In this document: positions 59,400-64,000 of the stretch, piece by piece
Layout: each line of letters opens with the position of its first letter
Numbering within the stretch: the first letter of the stretch is position 1
Source: Candidatus Latescibacterota bacterium
GTDB taxonomy: Bacteria > Latescibacterota > UBA2968 > SICM01
Direction: 5' to 3'
Length of the DNA: 64,000 bases
Assembly: GCA_965217865.1 (NCBI GenBank)
Contig: CBDCJO010000001.1
Coordinates: forward strand, 416,001-480,000
The notes under the pieces: generated by a model
Told to the model about the DNA's origin: nothing
Seen by the model: only the letters and a program-made list of their open reading frames with translations
Databases searched by the model: none
Made by a program: the position numbers and the translations under genes

Positions 59400-60401
59400 G
59401 TGAAGTGGAACTGGTCCTTTCACCATCCAAGGCTCTTCCTCAACGCCGAAGAGATCGCGGAGATTAAAAATCGCCTGAATCGTGAACCCTGGGCGAAGGC
59501 CTTCGACCGGTTGATGGACAGTGCTTCGGTGGCCATGGACCGAAAGGCCGATCCGGTTGAAGGGGAATACCCGGTGGACCCGACCTCGAGTCCTCAACCT
59601 GCTGCCCGCAGCCAACTTCTCAGAGACTGCCACGCGGTGCGGGACATGGGCCTGGCCTACGCGCTGACAGGAGAAGAACGGTTTCCTCGAAAGATCGCAC
59701 ATTATATTCTGAGTTGGGTGGAAGCCTTAACCCCTCGATTTCCGTTCGAATCCTCCGTAGGGGATTTGTGCGTGGCGATTTCCGCGATGTATTACGGGGT
59801 GGATCTGGTCTGGCGTTCGAGAGGATTCACAGATGAAGATAAGTATCGCCTTGCGATGTGGGCGGATGAACTCGCTTGCGATCTGGGGTCGAAGCCCATC
59901 GCGTTCCTGGACCGTCCGGCGGGTTGGGTATCCGTCTTTTATGCGGCTTCTGCTCTCGCCATCGAAGACCCCAAATGGTTCGACCTTGCATTCGATGGAT
60001 TCGGTCCTTTGATCGCGGATCGGATCTCCTCCGAGGGGTTGATGGAGTATGAAAAAATCGGCGAAGATGGGTTGAGGGCGTCCCTTCTCACGCTCAAATC
60101 CTTGACGTTCAATGCTGTGATCGCACGGCAACAGGGCATCGATTTCTTCAATGCCGAGCACCGTGGTCGAAACCTCCACATCGCTTTTCGGAGGTTCGTC
60201 CCTTTTATACTCGACGAAGAAACCTGGCATGGGTCAGACGTGTCGGTTGGAGGGCTTCATAGCGAGCTTTATGAGATCGCTTACCGAGTATGGGGAGATC
60301 CGAGGTTCGCCCAAGTGCTTCGAAGACGGGGACGCAACGCGTTCGATGGTTGCATCCTCGGGCCCGTTCTGCTGACTCACGGTGTGGAACTCGGGGATTA
60401 G
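59400..60401 (+). CDS. alginate-lyase-like (alpha/alpha toroid) protein, catalytic motifs degenerate
   Basis: HPRLF, GLAYALTGEERF..ILSW, I..EG.MEYE, ARQQGIDFF, YEIAYR.WGDPRF, LTHG. Confidence 0.65.
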   Translation: MKWNWSFHHPRLFLNAEEIAEIKNRLNREPWAKAFDRLMDSASVAMDRKADPVEGEYPVDPTSSPQPAARSQLLRDCHAVRDMGLAYALTGEERFPRKIAHYILSWVEALTPRFPFESSVGDLCVAISAMYYGVDLVWRSRGFTDEDKYRLAMWADELACDLGSKPIAFLDRPAGWVSVFYAASALAIEDPKWFDLAFDGFGPLIADRISSEGLMEYEKIGEDGLRASLLTLKSLTFNAVIARQQGIDFFNAEHRGRNLHIAFRRFVPFILDEETWHGSDVSVGGLHSELYEIAYRVWGDPRFAQVLRRRGRNAFDGCILGPVLLTHGVELGD

Positions 60402-60574
60402 GTGTTGTGTTATATTTTTCTTGACAGCGGAATTTTTGAGAAGTACATATTCACGAATTACAAATTCCAAAAATGACTTGTATTTGTGAATCAGATTTGG
60501 TATATAATTTTTCAGTATCGATGGTTCGAAATTTTCAATCTTAAAGACACGAAGAATCTTGAAGGAGAGTTTGG

Positions 60575-60883
60575 ATGGAAGCGATTTTCAACGCTCAAGT
60601 CGGGATGGCATTCGGGGGTATTGCCGTTTTGTTGGTCATTTACCTGGTCCTGATGGGCTGGCTGAAGCGCTCCGGACAGAACAAGCCGGACCAAGAGGGG
60701 AACCCAGCACAGGCCGAAGGCCTGTCGCCACAAACCCAAAAGGTGATCGCTTCAGGTGTCCAAGACGTTCAGGCCCCAGAAGAGAAGAAAAGAAAACAGA
60801 TCAATCTACAGGGAAAGGATGCTGAAATCGCGGCAGGCGTATTGCGCCGAATGTTGCAAGACCCGGATGCGCTCAAAGATTGA
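60575..60883 (+). CDS. small single-TM hypothetical protein
   Basis: SD GAAGGAG, N-terminal TM helix, charged C-terminus. Confidence 0.65.
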   Translation: MEAIFNAQVGMAFGGIAVLLVIYLVLMGWLKRSGQNKPDQEGNPAQAEGLSPQTQKVIASGVQDVQAPEEKKRKQINLQGKDAEIAAGVLRRMLQDPDALKD

Positions 60884-60924
60884 TACATCGGGTCGGGTCC
60901 ACTCTGAAAAAGGAGGTCGCATCG

Positions 60925-61191
60925 ATGATTTGGAGTAGAGATGAGCATAAAGATCTCTTTTGGGCAGGATTCATTGCGGGTGCAGCCGCGGGAGGATTGC
61001 TCGGGATCCTTTTAGCAACGGACTCCGGAAGAGGAGCCCGCGACCAGCTCGGGAGGGTTACTGCCGACCTGAAAGACCGCATCGACGGACGGTTCCGAAC
61101 AAGGGTCAGCAAAGAAAATCCTCAACCCGACAACGATCAATCGAATGTTACTCCGGAGCAGCCGCAGATCGACACGGATAACCCGATCTGA
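60925..61191 (+). CDS. YtxH-domain-like protein
   Basis: FWAGFIAGAAAGGLLGILLA..SGRGARDQL; SD AAGGAGG. Confidence 0.7.
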   Translation: MIWSRDEHKDLFWAGFIAGAAAGGLLGILLATDSGRGARDQLGRVTADLKDRIDGRFRTRVSKENPQPDNDQSNVTPEQPQIDTDNPI

Positions 61192-61224
61192 CCGGACGCT
61201 CATTGGCCGAAATGCAACGTTTGC

Positions 61225-61719
61225 GTGGATGGACATATGGCGATGAATCGTGATCGAGTAATACGTGAAATCAGGGCCGCCCGGAAACACGATCGTCGAA
61301 TCGACCTCCAGGAAGTGACCCTTCGAGGTGCCGATCTGAGTTATCTGGATCTCGAGGATGCCAACCTGCGGGGTGCGGACTTGGAAGGGAGCACTTTCCA
61401 TTGCGCCGACCTGTGGGGTGCCGACCTGAGAGGAGCCAACCTCAGGAAATCTGATCTGAGGGCTGCGGATCTGAAGGAGGCGGACCTAAGAAGGGCTTGC
61501 TTGATTGAAACCAACATCCAGGCGGCGAACCTTCAGGAAGCGGACCTTCGGCTCGCAAACTTACAGAGGGCGAACCTCCAGAGAGCAAACCTCGAGGGTG
61601 CCGATCTTGAAGGGGCAGACGTACGTGAGACCGATTTTAGGAGTTGCCGTCTGAATGGAAGACGCCCAGCACCTTTGAACAACCTGAGCATCGACGATGA
61701 ACTGGACGGGGCAGGGTGA
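61225..61719 (+). CDS. pentapeptide-repeat protein
   Basis: tandem A(D/N)Lxx repeats (ADLSY, ANLRG, ADLEG, ANLQR...). Confidence 0.9.
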   Translation: MDGHMAMNRDRVIREIRAARKHDRRIDLQEVTLRGADLSYLDLEDANLRGADLEGSTFHCADLWGADLRGANLRKSDLRAADLKEADLRRACLIETNIQAANLQEADLRLANLQRANLQRANLEGADLEGADVRETDFRSCRLNGRRPAPLNNLSIDDELDGAG

Positions 61720-62224
61720 CCAAGGCATAGAGCGCAACCCGATTTATGTCATCGTCGAGAATGTCCGTTCGCTTTTTAACGTGGGATCGATATTCCGAGC
61801 GGCTGACGGAGTACGGGCTCAGAAGGTTTTTCTTACCGGTTTCACGGGATCTCCACCCAGACCGGAGATCGACAAAGTGGCCTTGGGGGCGGATAAGGCG
61901 GTCCCTTGGTCCAGTCACCAAGATACCCTTTCTGTTATCAGTGACCTCCGACGGAACGGGGTATGCGTTCTGGCGTTAGAGAAGACCGACGGGAGTTTCG
62001 ACTTTCAGGATTATCCATATCGTTTTCCCGTTGCCCTCGTTCTCGGACACGAGTTGTCGGGAGTCTCCGAAGAGACCCTGTCGGAATGTGACGGTTGTAT
62101 CCATATCCCGATGCAGGGGATCAAGCGCTCCCTGAACGTTTCGGTGGCCTGCGGCGTCTTGCTATATGAATTGCTAAGGAACATAAGGAACCAAAATAAG
62201 ATCCCTAGGATCTTGAGGTCATAG
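61697..62224 (+). CDS. SpoU/TrmH-family RNA methyltransferase
   Basis: ENVRSLFNVGSIFR, LVLGHE..GV, IPMQG..SLNVSVA. Confidence 0.9.
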   Translation: MNWTGQGDQGIERNPIYVIVENVRSLFNVGSIFRAADGVRAQKVFLTGFTGSPPRPEIDKVALGADKAVPWSSHQDTLSVISDLRRNGVCVLALEKTDGSFDFQDYPYRFPVALVLGHELSGVSEETLSECDGCIHIPMQGIKRSLNVSVACGVLLYELLRNIRNQNKIPRILRS

Positions 62225-62908
62225 ATGCCTGAAGAGGATTCCATCCAATCGTTGCAGGGTCGCATCGAGACTTTGGAACGGCAGAGTGTTGACCTAAAGA
62301 AAGAGGTCGAACGCCTCCGTGAAGAGAATCGAAGATGGGCGAGACTGGCGGGAACCGATGACCTGACAGGACTCCCCAACCGCATCACATTCCTTCGTGC
62401 TATCGTCCCGAATGAGGTGCGCAAGTCCATTTCTGATAACGAACCCATTTCGTTTATCTTGATGGGGGTCGACAATCTGGGGGACATTAACGAGAAACAC
62501 GGTCGAACTGCCGGAGACCAGATCATCAAAGATGTGGCTATATATTTGAAGCCTATGATCAGAGAGAACGAAAAACTTGGACATCTCGACGGAACCAACT
62601 TCACCATCCTGATGAGTTCCACGGATATCCAGGAAGCCCAGAACAGAGCGAGCAGATTGCGCACCCAAATCCGTGGGCGATCTTTCACGTGTGGCGATGA
62701 GTCCTTACAGATCACGGTGAGCGCAGGCATCTGTTCGGTTCGCAACACCGAGGTCAAGGATCCCCGTCTCTTGACCGATCTGGTGTTCAAGAGGCTCAAC
62801 GAAGCGCTCTATACAGCAAAGAAAGAAGGCGGAAACCGGGTGGAGATCTATCCCGACACCGAGGTGAAAGCCCCGGGGTCCGAAGACGAGTTGGATAGTG
62901 AGGAGTAA
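62225..62908 (+). CDS. coiled-coil + degenerate GGDEF-domain protein
   Basis: TDDLTGLPNR, INEKHG..AGD, ITVSAG, ALYTAKKEGGNR; signature reads DGTNF. Confidence 0.85.
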   Translation: MPEEDSIQSLQGRIETLERQSVDLKKEVERLREENRRWARLAGTDDLTGLPNRITFLRAIVPNEVRKSISDNEPISFILMGVDNLGDINEKHGRTAGDQIIKDVAIYLKPMIRENEKLGHLDGTNFTILMSSTDIQEAQNRASRLRTQIRGRSFTCGDESLQITVSAGICSVRNTEVKDPRLLTDLVFKRLNEALYTAKKEGGNRVEIYPDTEVKAPGSEDELDSEE

Positions 62909-64000
62909 TGGGAGATCCGGTGCGGAGGAGATGGTTCGCCGGGGTGATTGGGGCTTTATTATGTGCCGTTGTCCCCTCCTTCAGCAGCGAGATCAAGGCC
63001 GACTTCGACGGGAACGGTATCGTCGATCTCGATGATTTTTTCCTCTTTGCGGAACACTTTGGACAGATCCTCGACCAGCCCGGCTTCGACCCGACTTTCG
63101 ACATCATCGGCGACGGGCGGATCGACCAGAACGACTTTTTTTTCTTCGCGGAAAACTTCGGCAAACGGTCTGGTGATCCTCCCCCCGCGGGACCTCTACA
63201 CACCTATATCTACATAGCGGATGCCACGGACAACGGTGTATCCGTAGTGGACGCCGCGACCAATCTGGTCCTCAGCTACATCCCCTTCCGGTCTCCCTCA
63301 AGCGTTGCCGTTTCCAGCGACAATCTTAGCACCTATATCGTCGATGCCTTTGTCTTTGTCGTTCTTCTAGATGACTTCTCCGTCGATTACACCCTCCCGA
63401 TGTTTGATGGGACCCACGTGGCCGTTTCTCCGGACAATCGGCTGGCCTTTGTAACCCAGGCCTCCGCCGGCAATGTTATTTTCATCGATCTTGAAAAAAG
63501 GGCCGTTGTCGACACCGTTAGCGTCGGTTTCTCACCCTTCGGCGTCGCGATATCCACCGACGGCCGTACCCTCTACATCGTGAACACACAGTCCGGAACC
63601 GGATCCCTCTCCGTCATAGACATTCCATCGAGAGCCGTGAAGGACACCGTAGAATTTGAAACCCAGCCCGGGCTGATCGTTGTGTCGCCGGATGGGAACA
63701 GAGGATTTCTGAACAGCGGAAGCAGTGGAGCTATATCGGTGTTGGACCTCCAGTCCCACCGGATTGTAGGGATGATCCAGACCGACGGGGAGATGGTTTT
63801 CGGAATGGATATTTCTCCGGATGGATCGACACTTTATGCTGGGGCGGGCGGAGATGTCCTCTTCATCGATGCGGATCGCAATCTGATTCGGGAGAGGATC
63901 ACGGTCGCTGACGAGACAGGTCCCTTGAAGGTCTCTCCGGATGGTCGACGAATCTATATATCGGGCTTTCGGCTCTCGGGAGGAGGTGCGGCGATATACG
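62908..64000 (+). CDS. secreted EF-hand/dockerin-like + YVTN beta-propeller protein (partial)
   Basis: ATG overlaps the upstream TAA; signal peptide; DFDGNGIVDLDDFFLFAEHFG and DIIGDGRIDQNDFFFFAENFG; repeats of P..VAVSPD/DGR.LY..N; open to window end. Confidence 0.8.
   Translation, partial: MGDPVRRRWFAGVIGALLCAVVPSFSSEIKADFDGNGIVDLDDFFLFAEHFGQILDQPGFDPTFDIIGDGRIDQNDFFFFAENFGKRSGDPPPAGPLHTYIYIADATDNGVSVVDAATNLVLSYIPFRSPSSVAVSSDNLSTYIVDAFVFVVLLDDFSVDYTLPMFDGTHVAVSPDNRLAFVTQASAGNVIFIDLEKRAVVDTVSVGFSPFGVAISTDGRTLYIVNTQSGTGSLSVIDIPSRAVKDTVEFETQPGLIVVSPDGNRGFLNSGSSGAISVLDLQSHRIVGMIQTDGEMVFGMDISPDGSTLYAGAGGDVLFIDADRNLIRERITVADETGPLKVSPDGRRIYISGFRLSGGGAAIY

Noticed and set aside
61321-61640. 15-nt periodic DNA repeats as an array
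   Set aside because: They are the coding pattern of the pentapeptide-repeat protein.

Overview
A 64 kb chromosomal window, mostly minus-strand genes, from a moderately GC-rich bacterium. Multiple PhyH dioxygenases, a sulfatase, a PmoA/DUF6807 protein and an EF-hand/dockerin-tagged secreted protein suggest a Latescibacterota/Poribacteria-like candidate phylum (inference only). 1-16.5 kb: a partial lipoprotein, a short IS1595 element, gatB-gatA, DUF4321-pssA-psd-htrA-truA, a frameshifted comEC, a ~170-nt rod-shaped ncRNA (6S-like), and accA-aspC-argJ-alaC-like genes. 16.5-29.7 kb: a branched-chain amino acid operon ilvN-ilvC-leuA-leuC-leuD-leuS-leuB-cimA with divergent ilvD. It lacks ilvB, embeds leuS, and has two short leader ORFs below the ORF-track cutoff. 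One is a 59-aa I/L/V-tailed attenuator-type peptide. The other is a 41-aa uORF before leuA with a 16-nt SD and mutually exclusive helices. 29.7-53 kb: accessory catabolic genes (3 PhyH dioxygenases, 3 D-2-hydroxyacid dehydrogenases, an atypical SpeD-like decarboxylase, uronate dehydrogenase-like pair, uxuA-like, tartrate dehydrogenase, tdh, ltaE, RidA, NanA-like) plus an OGG1-type glycosylase. 53-57.4 kb: a sulfatase split by IS630 and an IS1182-like element inserted in tandem at one CTAG. 57.4-64 kb: plus-strand genes including three apparent pseudoenzymes (gamma-CA-like, alginate-lyase-like, GGDEF-like). No rRNA, tRNA or CRISPR array was seen. All family calls come from motif recognition by eye, without database searches.
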